Origin: Shigella phage JK23
Length of the DNA: 64,000 nt
Sequence record: MK962752
Direction: 5' to 3' (one strand)
The notes beneath the pieces were generated by a model, which worked only from the letters and a program-made list of their open reading frames with translations, ran no database searches and was not told where the DNA came from. The translations under genes and the position numbers were made by a program. Within the stretch, counting starts at the first letter, position 1; every line of letters starts with the position of its first letter. Below are positions 9,597-20,611 of this stretch, in pieces.

Positions 9597-10346
9597 ATGG
9601 CAAACATTATTCGTTGTAAATTACCAGATGGTGTTCATCGTTTTAAACCATTTACGGTAGAAGATTATCGAGATTTTTTGTTAGTTCGAAACGATATAGA
9701 ACATCGGTCACCGCAAGAACAAAAAGAAATAATTACTGATTTAATTGATGATTATTTTGGAGACTATCCGAAGACTTGGCAACCATTTATATTTTTGCAG
9801 GTATTTGTAGGGTCGATAGGTAAAACTAAAGTACCGGTCACATTTGTATGTCCAAAATGTAAAAAAGAAAAGACAGTTCCATTTGAAATATATCAAAAAG
9901 AATTAAAGGAACCTGTTTTTGATGTAGCTAATGTTAAAATTAAATTAAAGTTTCCTTCTGAGTTTTATGAAAATAAAGCAAAGATGATTACTGAAAATAT
10001 TCATTCCGTCCAAGTAGATGAAATTTGGTATGATTGGAAGGAAATTAGTGAATCAAGTCAAATAGAACTTGTTGATGCTATCGAGATAGAAACATTAGAA
10101 AAAATTCTCGATGCAATGAATCCTATTAATTTAACTCTACATATGTCATGCTGTAATAAGTACATTAAAAAATACACTGATATAGTAGACGTGTTTAAGC
10201 TATTAGTTAACCCAGATGAGATATTTACTTTTTATCAAATTAATCACACACTCGTAAAAAGTAATTATAGCTTAAATTCAATAATGAAAATGATTCCTGC
10301 CGAGCGCGGATTCGTATTAAAACTGATTGAGAAGGATAAACAATAA
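9597..10346 (+). CDS. 51: baseplate hub assembly catalyst gp51
   Basis: 249 aa; conserved position. Confidence 0.85.
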   Translation: MANIIRCKLPDGVHRFKPFTVEDYRDFLLVRNDIEHRSPQEQKEIITDLIDDYFGDYPKTWQPFIFLQVFVGSIGKTKVPVTFVCPKCKKEKTVPFEIYQKELKEPVFDVANVKIKLKFPSEFYENKAKMITENIHSVQVDEIWYDWKEISESSQIELVDAIEIETLEKILDAMNPINLTLHMSCCNKYIKKYTDIVDVFKLLVNPDEIFTFYQINHTLVKSNYSLNSIMKMIPAERGFVLKLIEKDKQ

Positions 10347-11521
10347 TGAGTATGTTGCAACGCCCCGGATATCCAAATCTCAGCGTTAAATTATTTGATA
10401 GCTACGACGCTTGGAGTAATAATAGATTTGTTGAATTAGCTGCTACTATTACTACATTAACTATGCGGGATTCTCTTTATGGCCGAAATGAAGGAATGCT
10501 GCAATTTTATGATTCTAAAAACATCCATACAAAAATGGATGGAAATGAAATAATTCAGATTTCTGTAGCTAATGCAAATGATATTAATAATGTTAAAACA
10601 CGAATTTATGGATGTAAGCATTTTTCCGTGTCAGTAGATTCAAAAGGTGATAACATCATTGCTATTGAATTGGGAACTATTCATTCTATAGAAAATCTTA
10701 AATTTGGTAGACCATTTTTCCCTGATGCAGGTGAATCTATAAAAGAAATGCTTGGTGTCATTTATCAGGATCGCACATTATTAACTCCAGCAATAAATGC
10801 TATAAATGCTTATGTTCCTGATATTCCATGGACTAGCACATTTGAAAACTATTTGTCATATGTAAGAGAAGTTGCTCTAGCTGTAGGAAGCGACAAATTT
10901 GTATTTGTATGGCAAGACATCATGGGAGTTAACATGATGGACTATGATATGATGATAAATCAAGAACCATATCCAATGATTGTCGGTGAGCCATCTTTAA
11001 TAGGTCAATTTGTCCAAGAATTAAAATATCCATTAGCATATGATTTCGTTTGGTTGACTAAATCGAATCCTCACAAACGTGATCCAATGAAAAACGCTAC
11101 TATCTATGCGCATTCATTTTTAGATTCTTCATTACCAATGATTACTACAGGAAAGGGTGAAAACTCTATTGTAGTGTCAAGGTCAGGTGCTTATTCTGAA
11201 ATGACTTATAGGAATGGATATGAAGAAGCTATTCGTCTTCAAACTATGGCACAATATGACGGCTATGCTAAATGTTCTACTGTCGGTAATTTTAACTTGA
11301 CTCCTGGCGTTAAAATTATTTTTAATGATAGTAAAAACCAATTTAAAACAGAATTTTACGTTGATGAAGTTATCCATGAATTATCCAATAATAATTCAGT
11401 AACTCATCTATATATGTTCACTAATGCAACGAAACTGGAAACAATAGACCCAGTTAAGGTTAAAAATGAATTTAAATCTGATACTACCACTGAAGAAAGT
11501 AGTTCTTCCAATAAGCAATAA
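10346..11521 (+). CDS. 27: baseplate hub protein gp27
   Basis: 391 aa; conserved position and size. Confidence 0.9.
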   Translation: MSMLQRPGYPNLSVKLFDSYDAWSNNRFVELAATITTLTMRDSLYGRNEGMLQFYDSKNIHTKMDGNEIIQISVANANDINNVKTRIYGCKHFSVSVDSKGDNIIAIELGTIHSIENLKFGRPFFPDAGESIKEMLGVIYQDRTLLTPAINAINAYVPDIPWTSTFENYLSYVREVALAVGSDKFVFVWQDIMGVNMMDYDMMINQEPYPMIVGEPSLIGQFVQELKYPLAYDFVWLTKSNPHKRDPMKNATIYAHSFLDSSLPMITTGKGENSIVVSRSGAYSEMTYRNGYEEAIRLQTMAQYDGYAKCSTVGNFNLTPGVKIIFNDSKNQFKTEFYVDEVIHELSNNNSVTHLYMFTNATKLETIDPVKVKNEFKSDTTTEESSSSNKQ

Positions 11522-11999
11522 AGAAGTTTCTATTCCTAAAATGGGTCTTAAGCATTATAACATTTTAAAAGATGTTAAAGGTCCTGATGAAAATTTAAAA
11601 CTTCTTATTGATTCTATTTGTCCGAATTTATCACCGGCAGAAGTTGATTTCGTTTCTATTCATTTATTGGAATTTAATGGAAAGATTAAATCTCGTAAAG
11701 AAATAGATGGCTATACTTATGACATTAATGATGTTTATGTGTGCCAAAGATTAGAATTTCAATACCAAGGAAATACATTTTATTTTAGACCTCCTGGAAA
11801 ATTTGAACAATTTTTAACGGTGAGCGATATGTTGTCTAAATGCTTGCTTAAGGTCAATGATGAAGTTAAAGAAATTAATTTTCTTGAGATGCCAGCATTC
11901 GTTTTAAAATGGGCAAATGATATTTTTACAACTTTAGCAATTCCTGGCCCTAATGGTCCAATAACTGGAATTGGCAATATTATTGGATTATTTGAATGA
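11466..11999 (+). CDS. 28: baseplate hub distal protein gp28
   Basis: 177 aa; overlaps 3' end of gene 27. Confidence 0.8.
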   Translation: MNLNLILPLKKVVLPISNKEVSIPKMGLKHYNILKDVKGPDENLKLLIDSICPNLSPAEVDFVSIHLLEFNGKIKSRKEIDGYTYDINDVYVCQRLEFQYQGNTFYFRPPGKFEQFLTVSDMLSKCLLKVNDEVKEINFLEMPAFVLKWANDIFTTLAIPGPNGPITGIGNIIGLFE

Positions 12000-13768
12000 A
12001 AAAGCCACAAGAAATGCAAACGATGCGTAGAAAAGTTATTTCAGATAATAAACCAACGCAGGAAGCGGCTAAATCCGCTTCCAACACTTTATCTGGACTT
12101 AATGATATATCTACGAAATTGGATGATGCCCAAGCTGCTTCTGAATTAATAGCTCAAACTGTCGAAGAAAAATCGAATGAAATAGTTGGAGCAATTGGTA
12201 ACGTAGAAAGCGCAGTGAGTGATACTACTGCCGGTTCTGAGTTAATTGCTGAAACTGTCGAAATTGGCAACAATATTAATAAAGAAATCGGTGAATCGCT
12301 CGGAAGCAAATTAGATAAATTAACAAGTTTACTAGAGCAAAAAATTCAGACAGCTGGAATTCAACAGACTGGAACTAGTTTAGCCACGGTTGAAAGCGCT
12401 ATTCCTGTTAAAGTCGTTGAGGATGATACCGCTGAATCTGTGGGTCCTTTATTACCGGCTCCCGAAGCAGTTAATAATGATCCTGACGCTGATTTTTTCC
12501 CTACCCCTCAACCAGTTGAACCCAAACAAGAATCGCCAGAAGAAAAACAGAAAAAAGAAGCATTTAACTTAAAATTATCTCAAGCTTTAGATAAATTAAC
12601 AAAGACTGTTGATTTTGGATTTAAGAAATCCATTTCAATTAGTGATAAAATATCAAGCATGTTATTTAAGTACACCATAAGTGCTGCTATTGAAGCTGCT
12701 AAAATGACTGCAATGATATTGGCTGTTGTTGTTGGAATAGATCTGCTGATGGTTCACTTTAAATATTGGTCAGATAAATTTTCAAAAGCCTGGGATTTAT
12801 TTAATACTGATTTTACTAAATTCTCTAGCGAAACCGGAACTTGGGGTCCTTTATTACAGAGCATCTTTGATTCTATTGATAAAATTAAACAACTTTGGGA
12901 AGCGGGAGATTGGGGTGGATTGACAGCAGCTATCGTAGAAGGACTCGGAAGTGTTCTTTTTAATTTAGGAGAGCTTATTCAATTAGGTATGGCTAAATTA
13001 TCTGCTGCAATTCTTCGAGTCATTCCTGGTATGAAGGATACCGCTGATGAAGTAGAAGGAAGAGCATTGGAAAATTTCCAAAATTCTACTGGAGCATCTC
13101 TCAATAAAGAAGACCAAGAAAAAGTTGCAAATTATCAAGATAAACGAATGAATGGAGACCTTGGTCCGATAGCAAAAGGATTAGATAAAATTGCTAATTG
13201 GAAAACTCGTGCATCTAATTGGATTCGTGGGGTTGATAATAAAGAAGCACTAACTACCGACGAAGAACGTGCAGCAGAAGAAGAAAAATTAAAGCAACTT
13301 TCACCTGAAGAAAGAAAAAATGCTTTAATGAAGGCTAATGAAGCACGTGCCGCGATGATTCGTTTTGAAAAATATGCTGATTCAGCTGATATGAGTAAAG
13401 ACTCAACGGTTAAATCAGTTGAAGCTGCCTATGAAGACCTTAAAAAACGGATGGATGACCCGGATTTAAATAATTCACCGGCAGTTAAAAAAGAACTTGC
13501 TGCTAGATTTTCTAAAATTGATGCTACTTATCAAGAGCTCAAGAAAAATCAGCCTAATGCCAAACCTGAAACTTCTGCTAAATCACCAGAAGCGAAACAA
13601 GTCCAGGTGATTGAAAAGAATAAAGCACAGCAAGCTCCTGTTCAACAAGCATCTCCTTCGATCAATAATACTAATAATGTTATTAAGAAAAATACTGTCG
13701 TTCATAATATGACACCCGTAACGAGCACGACTGCTCCTGGTGTATTTGGCGCGACTGGAGTTAATTAA
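11996..13768 (+). CDS. 29: tail tube length determinator (tape measure) gp29
   Basis: 590 aa; coiled-coil-rich, internal short duplications. Confidence 0.88.
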   Translation: MKKPQEMQTMRRKVISDNKPTQEAAKSASNTLSGLNDISTKLDDAQAASELIAQTVEEKSNEIVGAIGNVESAVSDTTAGSELIAETVEIGNNINKEIGESLGSKLDKLTSLLEQKIQTAGIQQTGTSLATVESAIPVKVVEDDTAESVGPLLPAPEAVNNDPDADFFPTPQPVEPKQESPEEKQKKEAFNLKLSQALDKLTKTVDFGFKKSISISDKISSMLFKYTISAAIEAAKMTAMILAVVVGIDLLMVHFKYWSDKFSKAWDLFNTDFTKFSSETGTWGPLLQSIFDSIDKIKQLWEAGDWGGLTAAIVEGLGSVLFNLGELIQLGMAKLSAAILRVIPGMKDTADEVEGRALENFQNSTGASLNKEDQEKVANYQDKRMNGDLGPIAKGLDKIANWKTRASNWIRGVDNKEALTTDEERAAEEEKLKQLSPEERKNALMKANEARAAMIRFEKYADSADMSKDSTVKSVEAAYEDLKKRMDDPDLNNSPAVKKELAARFSKIDATYQELKKNQPNAKPETSAKSPEAKQVQVIEKNKAQQAPVQQASPSINNTNNVIKKNTVVHNMTPVTSTTAPGVFGATGVN

Positions 13769-13776
13769 GGAATAAT

Positions 13777-14871
13777 ATGGCAATTGTTAAAGAAATAACT
13801 GCTGATTTAATTAAAAAGTCCGGTGAGAAAATTTCAGCCGGACAGAGTACTAAATCAGAAGTAGGAACTAAAACATACACTGCCCAGTTTCCAACTGGGC
13901 GTGCTAGTGGTAATGACACTACAGGGGACTTCCAGGTAACAGATCTATATAAGAATGGATTATTATTTACTGCATACAATATGTCATCTAGGGATTCTGG
14001 AAGTCTTAGATCGATGAGATCTAACTACTCTTCTTCATCTTCGAGTATTTTACGTACAGCTAGAAACACTATTAGTAGTACAGTATCAAAACTATCAAAT
14101 GGATTAATATCAAATAATAATTCAGGAACAATAAGTAAATCTCCTATCGCAAACATTCTTTTACCGAGATCTAAATCTGATGTTGATACATCATCACATA
14201 GATTTAATGATGTTCAAGAAAGCCTTATCAGTAGAGGCGGAGGTACTGCTACTGGTGTGCTAAGTAATATTGCTTCAACCGCAGTATTTGGGGCGCTGGA
14301 AAGTATAACACAAGGTATAATGGCTGATAATAATGAACAGATTTATACGACAGCCAGAAGTATGTATGGTGGTGCTGAAAATAGAACTAAAGTGTTTACA
14401 TGGGATTTGACTCCACGTTCAACAGAAGATTTAATGGCTATTATTAATATCTATCAATATTTTAACTATTTTTCTTATGGTGAAACGGGTAAATCTCAAT
14501 ATGCTGCTGAAATAAAGGGGTATTTAGATGATTGGTATCGTTCTACGTTAATTGAACCTTTATCTCCGGAAGACGCAGCTAAAAATAAAACACTATTTGA
14601 GAAAATGACATCGAGTTTAACTAACGTTCTAGTAGTTTCAAACCCGACAGTTTGGATGGTGAAAAACTTTGGTGCAACATCTAAGTTTGATGGAAAAACG
14701 GAAATATTTGGTCCATGCCAAATACAGAGCATCAGATTTGATAAAACACCTAATGGTAACTTTAACGGATTAGCTATTGCTCCAAACCTCCCTAGTACAT
14801 TTACTCTCGAGATTACTATGAGAGAAATTATCACGTTAAACCGTGCTTCTTTATATGCGGGGACTTTTTAA
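13777..14871 (+). CDS. 48: baseplate-tail tube junction protein gp48
   Basis: 364 aa; conserved position. Confidence 0.88.
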   Translation: MAIVKEITADLIKKSGEKISAGQSTKSEVGTKTYTAQFPTGRASGNDTTGDFQVTDLYKNGLLFTAYNMSSRDSGSLRSMRSNYSSSSSSILRTARNTISSTVSKLSNGLISNNNSGTISKSPIANILLPRSKSDVDTSSHRFNDVQESLISRGGGTATGVLSNIASTAVFGALESITQGIMADNNEQIYTTARSMYGGAENRTKVFTWDLTPRSTEDLMAIINIYQYFNYFSYGETGKSQYAAEIKGYLDDWYRSTLIEPLSPEDAAKNKTLFEKMTSSLTNVLVVSNPTVWMVKNFGATSKFDGKTEIFGPCQIQSIRFDKTPNGNFNGLAIAPNLPSTFTLEITMREIITLNRASLYAGTF

Positions 14872-15836
14872 TGTATTCTTTAGAGGAATTTAATAATCAA
14901 GCAATAAACGCAGATTTCCAACGTAATAATATGTTTAGCTGCGTTTTTGCAACAACTCCATCAACTAAAAGCTCTTCGTTGATAAGTTCAATTAGCAACT
15001 TTTCTTATAATAACTTGGGCCTAAATTCAGATTGGTTAGGATTAACTCAAGGTGATATTAATCAGGGAATTACCACGCTAATTACAGCTGGCACACAAAA
15101 ACTGATAAGAAAATCAGGGGTTAGTAAATATCTTATTGGTGCCATGAGTCAACGTACAGTTCAAAGTTTATTAGGCTCATTTACAGTTGGTACATATTTA
15201 ATTGACTTCTTTAACATGGCATATAACTCATCTGGATTGATGATATATTCTGTAAAAATGCCAGAGAACAGATTATCCTATGAAACTGACTGGAACTATA
15301 ATTCTCCTAATATTCGTATAACTGGGAGAGAATTAGACCCTTTGGTTATTTCATTTAGAATGGATTCAGAAGCTTGTAACTATCGTGCAATGCAAGACTG
15401 GGTTAACGCTGTTCAAGACCCAGTAACTGGATTACGTGCTTTGCCGCAAGATGTCGAGGCAGATATTCAGGTTAATCTTCATTCTCGCAATGGATTACCT
15501 CACACTGCGGTGATGTTCACCGGATGCATTCCAGTGTCAGTGAGCGCTCCTGAGTTATCATATGATGGAGATAACCAAATAACTACATTTGATGTTACTT
15601 TTGCGTACAGAGTGATGCAGGCTGGAGCAGTTGATAGGCAAGCTGCGCTTGAATGGCTTGAATCTGCTGCTATAAATGGTATTCAAAGCGTTCTCGGAAA
15701 TAGTGGAGGTGTTACTGGACTATCTAATTCGCTTTCACGACTCAGTAGATTAGGAGGAACTGCAGGAAGCATTTCAAACATTAATACTATGACAGGAATT
15801 GTCAATTCGCAAAGTAAAATATTAGGAGCAATATAA
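14871..15836 (+). CDS. 54: baseplate-tail tube initiator gp54
   Basis: 321 aa; conserved position. Confidence 0.88.
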   Translation: MYSLEEFNNQAINADFQRNNMFSCVFATTPSTKSSSLISSISNFSYNNLGLNSDWLGLTQGDINQGITTLITAGTQKLIRKSGVSKYLIGAMSQRTVQSLLGSFTVGTYLIDFFNMAYNSSGLMIYSVKMPENRLSYETDWNYNSPNIRITGRELDPLVISFRMDSEACNYRAMQDWVNAVQDPVTGLRALPQDVEADIQVNLHSRNGLPHTAVMFTGCIPVSVSAPELSYDGDNQITTFDVTFAYRVMQAGAVDRQAALEWLESAAINGIQSVLGNSGGVTGLSNSLSRLSRLGGTAGSISNINTMTGIVNSQSKILGAI

Positions 15837-15840
15837 CAAT

Positions 15841-15870
15841 GGGGACCGAAAGGTCCCCATATTTTTATTT
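15841..15870 (+). terminator. rho-independent terminator after gene 54
   Basis: ggggacc-gaaa-ggtcccc hairpin followed by atatttttattt. Confidence 0.75.
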
Positions 15871-16155
15871 ACGGAATGAAATGAAAGCAGAAACTGAAGC
15901 AACTAAACTGTCTTCAATATAAACTTCAATTTTTACCGGAGCTTCTGACTCAAATTTACCTGTTACTACACCTTGGAAAATGCTTTCAGTCTGTTCTGGT
16001 TTTGAAAAATTTTCAGAAGGAAAAATTCCGAACTTTTTATCTGTTCCAAAAATTTTAATAAATTCATCGTAAACTGCTTCATTAAAAGCATTATCAGCAG
16101 GAATAACGCCTTCAACGACGAGCTCTTGGCCTAAAAAGCGTAAAGAAGATTTCAT
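15865..16155 (-). CDS. hypothetical protein (T4 alt.-3 position)
   Basis: 96-aa ATG ORF downstream of an early promoter. Confidence 0.6.
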   Translation of the reverse strand: MKSSLRFLGQELVVEGVIPADNAFNEAVYDEFIKIFGTDKKFGIFPSENFSKPEQTESIFQGVVTGKFESEAPVKIEVYIEDSLVASVSAFISFRK

Positions 16156-16162
16156 TTTGTGT

Positions 16163-16216
16163 TCCTCATGTTATGTCAGTAAGACTACTATAACACAACA
16201 CGAGGGACTTGTAAAC
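16163..16216 (-). promoter_or_regulatory. T4-type early promoter (54-bp element, copy A)
   Basis: Minus strand: GTTTAC, 18-nt spacer, TATAGT; identical 54-bp element recurs at 32133-32186. Confidence 0.65.
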
Positions 16217-18273
16217 TACATTTTGAACTTTTTAGACATTCCGTTGATGTTAACCAAAGAAGCTAATATTTGAGAAACTTCGTTTTCCTCTTCTTTTGAT
16301 TCTTCTACAAGGAATTGATTAAATCCAGCCATTGGACGAACTTCACCAGTTTCCATTAAATGGTCGCCATCATATACTGATTCTTCTAATTGGTCAGAAG
16401 GAGGAACGATTGTACCTTCGATTAGATACTTGTTATAAGCAGTTTCTTTCATAAAGTACGTACTTACTTTATTAATCTTTAGTAAAATTCCGCGCGGTAG
16501 AATAACTTCAGCTTCTGATGGAAATCCTGATAAATGACCCGGAACGATAACTTTGATTCGCTCAGCTCCTTTAATTACCATACCCACGCTAGTTTCAGCA
16601 TCTTCATTAGCATATGTAGAATGACTACCCATATGCATCAAATCTTCTGCATCAACAGAACCTTCTCCTTCGCCAGAAAATACTGCACCGGAATCATCTA
16701 GAGCCATATAGTTTTTACCATGCTCACCGAAGATATTTGGTTTAAGCGATGTCGATACGAAGTTCTTGAAATAGAACATTTTGTTTTCAATGTTATGACG
16801 CAAAGTTTTAAAGGTAACTTCTTGTCCACGATAAAGCGTAGTTCCTGGAGGAAGAACTGAACCTTTAGCGAATGCAGAATCCAACGTCTCAATGTGCTTA
16901 ATAGCTCGTTCCATATATTCTTCACGGGTAGAATCTGGTTTACCCAAAAGGAACGAGTTCATTTCAACATATGAATCTGCACAATAATCTTCAATTACAT
17001 CAGACTCAGCCTGAGTCAGTCCTTTTGGAGTTACTTCAGTGCTTGCGTATTCATATGCCTGAGCAGCAGATTCATTAATCAATTTATAAATGCCATTCAT
17101 GACAAATTGAATAATAGCTGTCTTTTCATCTGGCGTAGCTTTAGAACCTTTAACCAAATCATTGATAATTTTCTTAATAACATCAAAGCTATTAGAAATA
17201 TTAATATCAGCAAGATCGCTTAAAATTTTATCAGTTTTATAATCAAAGAATTCTTTATTCTTTAAATATTCTTGAGAACCTTGATATGTTATATCGCTCT
17301 GCAACTTGATAGATGGATCACGTAAACGTGCATGGGCCAATGCAATATGATTTCGGAAGTTTTCTAGTTCATAATCGCTAGATTTAAAACGAGAAGCACT
17401 TCTCATACCACCGATAGCTCCTTTGCCGAAGTTTGAACCAATCTGGATAACGCCAGAGTTCATCGGACCTTCTGCTTTATATACCGGAACTTTAGATTCA
17501 AACTCTTGATATTTCTTGGCAGCGAAGCCATCACCCTGAAGTGAAGCATCGACAGTAGAATATTGAGCTTGTGCTGCTAATCGACGACTAATTTTAGTTT
17601 TTTGAATAACAGCTTGATCCGTGCGCTTATCATTTTCTAAAGCAATAGAAGCAGCAACAGCGACAGCTTTAGGAACAGCATTACCTGTTTTAACATCTAC
17701 ATAAACATCACCGACCTTTGATTCAACTTTTGTGAATAACTCGGTTGAAATAGGAGGTACACCTGGAATGTCTTCTAAATTGGCATTTTTACGGTAAACC
17801 ATAATATATGCGTACTTTTTATCATAGTCCCAGATTTCCTTTAAAAGAACATATCGACCTGCTCCTTTAGTACGTACTAAACGGTCAGCAATAACTTGCA
17901 TTTGACGAGCTGCGCCATTTGTTTTACTTTTTAGTACGCGGAATAGACATGCGTCGATTTTATACTGTTTCATTGTTTGAAGAGCAGTATCAAAAACGGC
18001 ATTAATGACACCAATTGGATTTCCACCCAAGTTTTTAAGCTTAACTAATGATAGTTTCTCATTAACACCTATCATTACGATATGCATCATTTTATCGCCT
18101 GGTTTAACGTTTTTATTCGTATCACCACCAGAGGTGTATGTACAAAATCTAAATCCAGGAAGCACGCTTTCTTCGCCGGCTTGAATAGCAAAAATTTGTG
18201 GTATTTTATGCTTAGGATTTAAGTTAACAACCGGCGCCGAAGCGCCGTCAAATAATTCTGTAATAAGTTCCAT
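16216..18273 (-). CDS. Alt-like ADP-ribosyltransferase paralog, packaged internal head protein
   Basis: 685 aa; N-terminal MELITELFD capsid-targeting-like sequence; ART R-S-E pattern (YRGQ ... FVSTSL ... EAEVILPRG). Confidence 0.8.
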   Translation of the reverse strand: MELITELFDGASAPVVNLNPKHKIPQIFAIQAGEESVLPGFRFCTYTSGGDTNKNVKPGDKMMHIVMIGVNEKLSLVKLKNLGGNPIGVINAVFDTALQTMKQYKIDACLFRVLKSKTNGAARQMQVIADRLVRTKGAGRYVLLKEIWDYDKKYAYIMVYRKNANLEDIPGVPPISTELFTKVESKVGDVYVDVKTGNAVPKAVAVAASIALENDKRTDQAVIQKTKISRRLAAQAQYSTVDASLQGDGFAAKKYQEFESKVPVYKAEGPMNSGVIQIGSNFGKGAIGGMRSASRFKSSDYELENFRNHIALAHARLRDPSIKLQSDITYQGSQEYLKNKEFFDYKTDKILSDLADINISNSFDVIKKIINDLVKGSKATPDEKTAIIQFVMNGIYKLINESAAQAYEYASTEVTPKGLTQAESDVIEDYCADSYVEMNSFLLGKPDSTREEYMERAIKHIETLDSAFAKGSVLPPGTTLYRGQEVTFKTLRHNIENKMFYFKNFVSTSLKPNIFGEHGKNYMALDDSGAVFSGEGEGSVDAEDLMHMGSHSTYANEDAETSVGMVIKGAERIKVIVPGHLSGFPSEAEVILPRGILLKINKVSTYFMKETAYNKYLIEGTIVPPSDQLEESVYDGDHLMETGEVRPMAGFNQFLVEESKEEENEVSQILASLVNINGMSKKFKM

Positions 18274-18276
18274 GAT

Positions 18277-20373
18277 TTATCCTTGAACGAACTTGTAAGG
18301 CATGTTTGTAATATCTATGCAAGACGCAATAATTCCAAGAGATGATTCTACTTTCTGTTTAACATTTGATGAAACAAATGATGCAAAGTCAACTCTGTCT
18401 TCTACTTCAATATCACCTGTCATTGCAACTACTTCGCCGGTTTCCATTAGATGGTCACCGTCATAAATTACCGATTCGGTGAGTTCTTCTGTGGTCATAA
18501 CTTCAGCTTGAATAAGTTTTGTATTATTAGATGTTGTTCCGTCATTATTAGAAGCATCAGTTATTTTATTAACTTTAACCATCAATCCGCGCGGTAGAAT
18601 AACTTCAGCTTCTGTTGCTATTCCGAGACTTCCTGGATATACAACATTAACTTTATGAGCTCCATCAATTGCCCATCCTATTTGAACTTTAACGTATTCA
18701 GGATTTTCTTTATACGCTCTTATTTCGTTTGGATTAATAGTTATTCCTTCTTCATTTTTATCAACTGTTAATTCATTGCGAGCTTCTGGTTCTAAAAGAC
18801 CAATACCAGCATGTGTAATTCCAAAACGTCCAAAAATGATAGGAGTTAAAGAAGTAGATACAAAATTTCTGAAATAGAACACTTTATTTTTAACTAGTGC
18901 TTCGTATATAGGAGCAGTCATACTTTGAGCACGATAAACTGTAATGCCTTCTGGTATACGGTCACCATTTTCAAAAGCTGAATCTAAATTATTTATAGCA
19001 GATTCAATTTCTTTTTCACTCATTATATCATATCGTTCTGGATTGTAACGACCTAAAAGAAGATTATTGATGTCTGTATATCCTGAACCACAATACTCTC
19101 TAATGCCGCGCTTTTGTGATGGAGTATATTTAGAACCATCACGGGCAATAGTAATATCAATCATTGGACCTGCACCAATTCCGGAAAAGCTATAAATCAT
19201 TCGTTTGAGGAATTTAGTTTTTGCTGCATTCCAGGCATTTTTAGTTATTTCTCCCCAGACTTCATCTGGCTGCCCTTTACGAGTTTTATTATGTTTATCA
19301 AGCCAATTATCTTTATATTCTTCAAATAATTGATTAACAGCTGCTGCGTATTTCTCTAAACATTTTATTGAAGTAGTTGGTTCATTTTTAATCGCATTAA
19401 GAATTACATCTTTAATTTTTTCTGAAACTTCACCGACTTGACTCATTGGAAAGAATTTATAATCATAGTGAAGTTCATCTGCCGTTCCTTCAGCAATAAT
19501 TTTTGCTGCCTTAGTTTTAGAAGCTAATGAATTAATTCCAAGCTTCATTTCTTCTGCTTCGGGAATTAAAGGTGCAGTAGCAGGTTTATTGAAATTAGCT
19601 GCGGTAGATTCATACTTCTGGAATAATTCACTTTCAAATCTAGAAGATTCCAATGACTGACTTTGTGCAATTGCTCTACGGGAAATTTTAACTTTAACGA
19701 TTACGGCTTGGTCAGAACGTTTATCGTTTTCTTGTGCAATAGATGCAGCAATTGCCTCATTTTTGGTTACTTGAGCTCCAGTATCTTTATTAATATAAAC
19801 ATCACCGACCTTCGATTCAACTTTAGTAAAGAGCTCGGTACTAATTTCCGGAACTCCTGGAATGTCTTCTAGTGATACATTTTTGCGATGTATAAGAATA
19901 TATGCATACTTTTTATCATAATCCCAGAGTTCCTTAAGAAGGACGTATCTGCCACCTGAACGACTACGGATAAGTCTATCAGCAATAACTTGAATTTGTC
20001 GAGCTTGGCCAGCAGTTTTAGACTTAAGAATACGAAGCATACAAGCATCAATTTTATACTGACGCATTGTTTGCATTGCAACAGTAAAAACTGAATTGAT
20101 ATAATTAATTGGGCTTGGACCAAGACCTTTTAATTTAGCAATTGAACCTTTAGCAGTTAATGTAAAAGGAACAATATGCATCATTTTATCGCCCATTTTT
20201 AAATCACGATTAGTATCACCTCCAGATGTATAGGTACATAAACGAAAGCCTGGTTGTTCAATTGCATCATCAACATGAACTGAAAAAATTTGTGGTATTT
20301 TCTTCTTTGGATTTAAGTTTGTAATCGGAAGAGTAGTATCTTCGTCAAATAATTCTGTAATGAGTTCCATCAT
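18277..20373 (-). CDS. alt: Alt ADP-ribosyltransferase (internal head protein)
   Basis: 698 aa; N-terminal MMELITELFDEDTTLPITNLNPKKKIPQIF; ART motifs YRAQ ... FVSTSL ... EAEVILPRG; adjacent to gene 30 as in T4. Confidence 0.85.
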   Translation of the reverse strand: MMELITELFDEDTTLPITNLNPKKKIPQIFSVHVDDAIEQPGFRLCTYTSGGDTNRDLKMGDKMMHIVPFTLTAKGSIAKLKGLGPSPINYINSVFTVAMQTMRQYKIDACMLRILKSKTAGQARQIQVIADRLIRSRSGGRYVLLKELWDYDKKYAYILIHRKNVSLEDIPGVPEISTELFTKVESKVGDVYINKDTGAQVTKNEAIAASIAQENDKRSDQAVIVKVKISRRAIAQSQSLESSRFESELFQKYESTAANFNKPATAPLIPEAEEMKLGINSLASKTKAAKIIAEGTADELHYDYKFFPMSQVGEVSEKIKDVILNAIKNEPTTSIKCLEKYAAAVNQLFEEYKDNWLDKHNKTRKGQPDEVWGEITKNAWNAAKTKFLKRMIYSFSGIGAGPMIDITIARDGSKYTPSQKRGIREYCGSGYTDINNLLLGRYNPERYDIMSEKEIESAINNLDSAFENGDRIPEGITVYRAQSMTAPIYEALVKNKVFYFRNFVSTSLTPIIFGRFGITHAGIGLLEPEARNELTVDKNEEGITINPNEIRAYKENPEYVKVQIGWAIDGAHKVNVVYPGSLGIATEAEVILPRGLMVKVNKITDASNNDGTTSNNTKLIQAEVMTTEELTESVIYDGDHLMETGEVVAMTGDIEVEDRVDFASFVSSNVKQKVESSLGIIASCIDITNMPYKFVQG

Positions 20374-20422
20374 ATCCTCTCTAGTGTTTATTCTATTTAT
20401 AAAATTAAAGGCCCGAAGGCCT

Positions 20423-20611
20423 TTAATAATCTATTGGTAAGAGAGTACGATATATTTCAAACTTTGGACCTTTTTCATAGGCATCAAAAGTTTCTGTGAA
20501 TTTATTATAAGCATATGCATCTATAAATTCAATCATGATTTGTGATACAGAAGTAGAAACATCTCCACCTTCTTTTTGAGCCACGACAATTGTTTCTAAG
20601 TAAGCTTTCAT
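20423..20611 (-). CDS. hypothetical small protein
   Basis: 62-aa ATG ORF; start overlaps gene 30 stop (ATGA). Confidence 0.55.
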   Translation of the reverse strand: MKAYLETIVVAQKEGGDVSTSVSQIMIEFIDAYAYNKFTETFDAYEKGPKFEIYRTLLPIDY

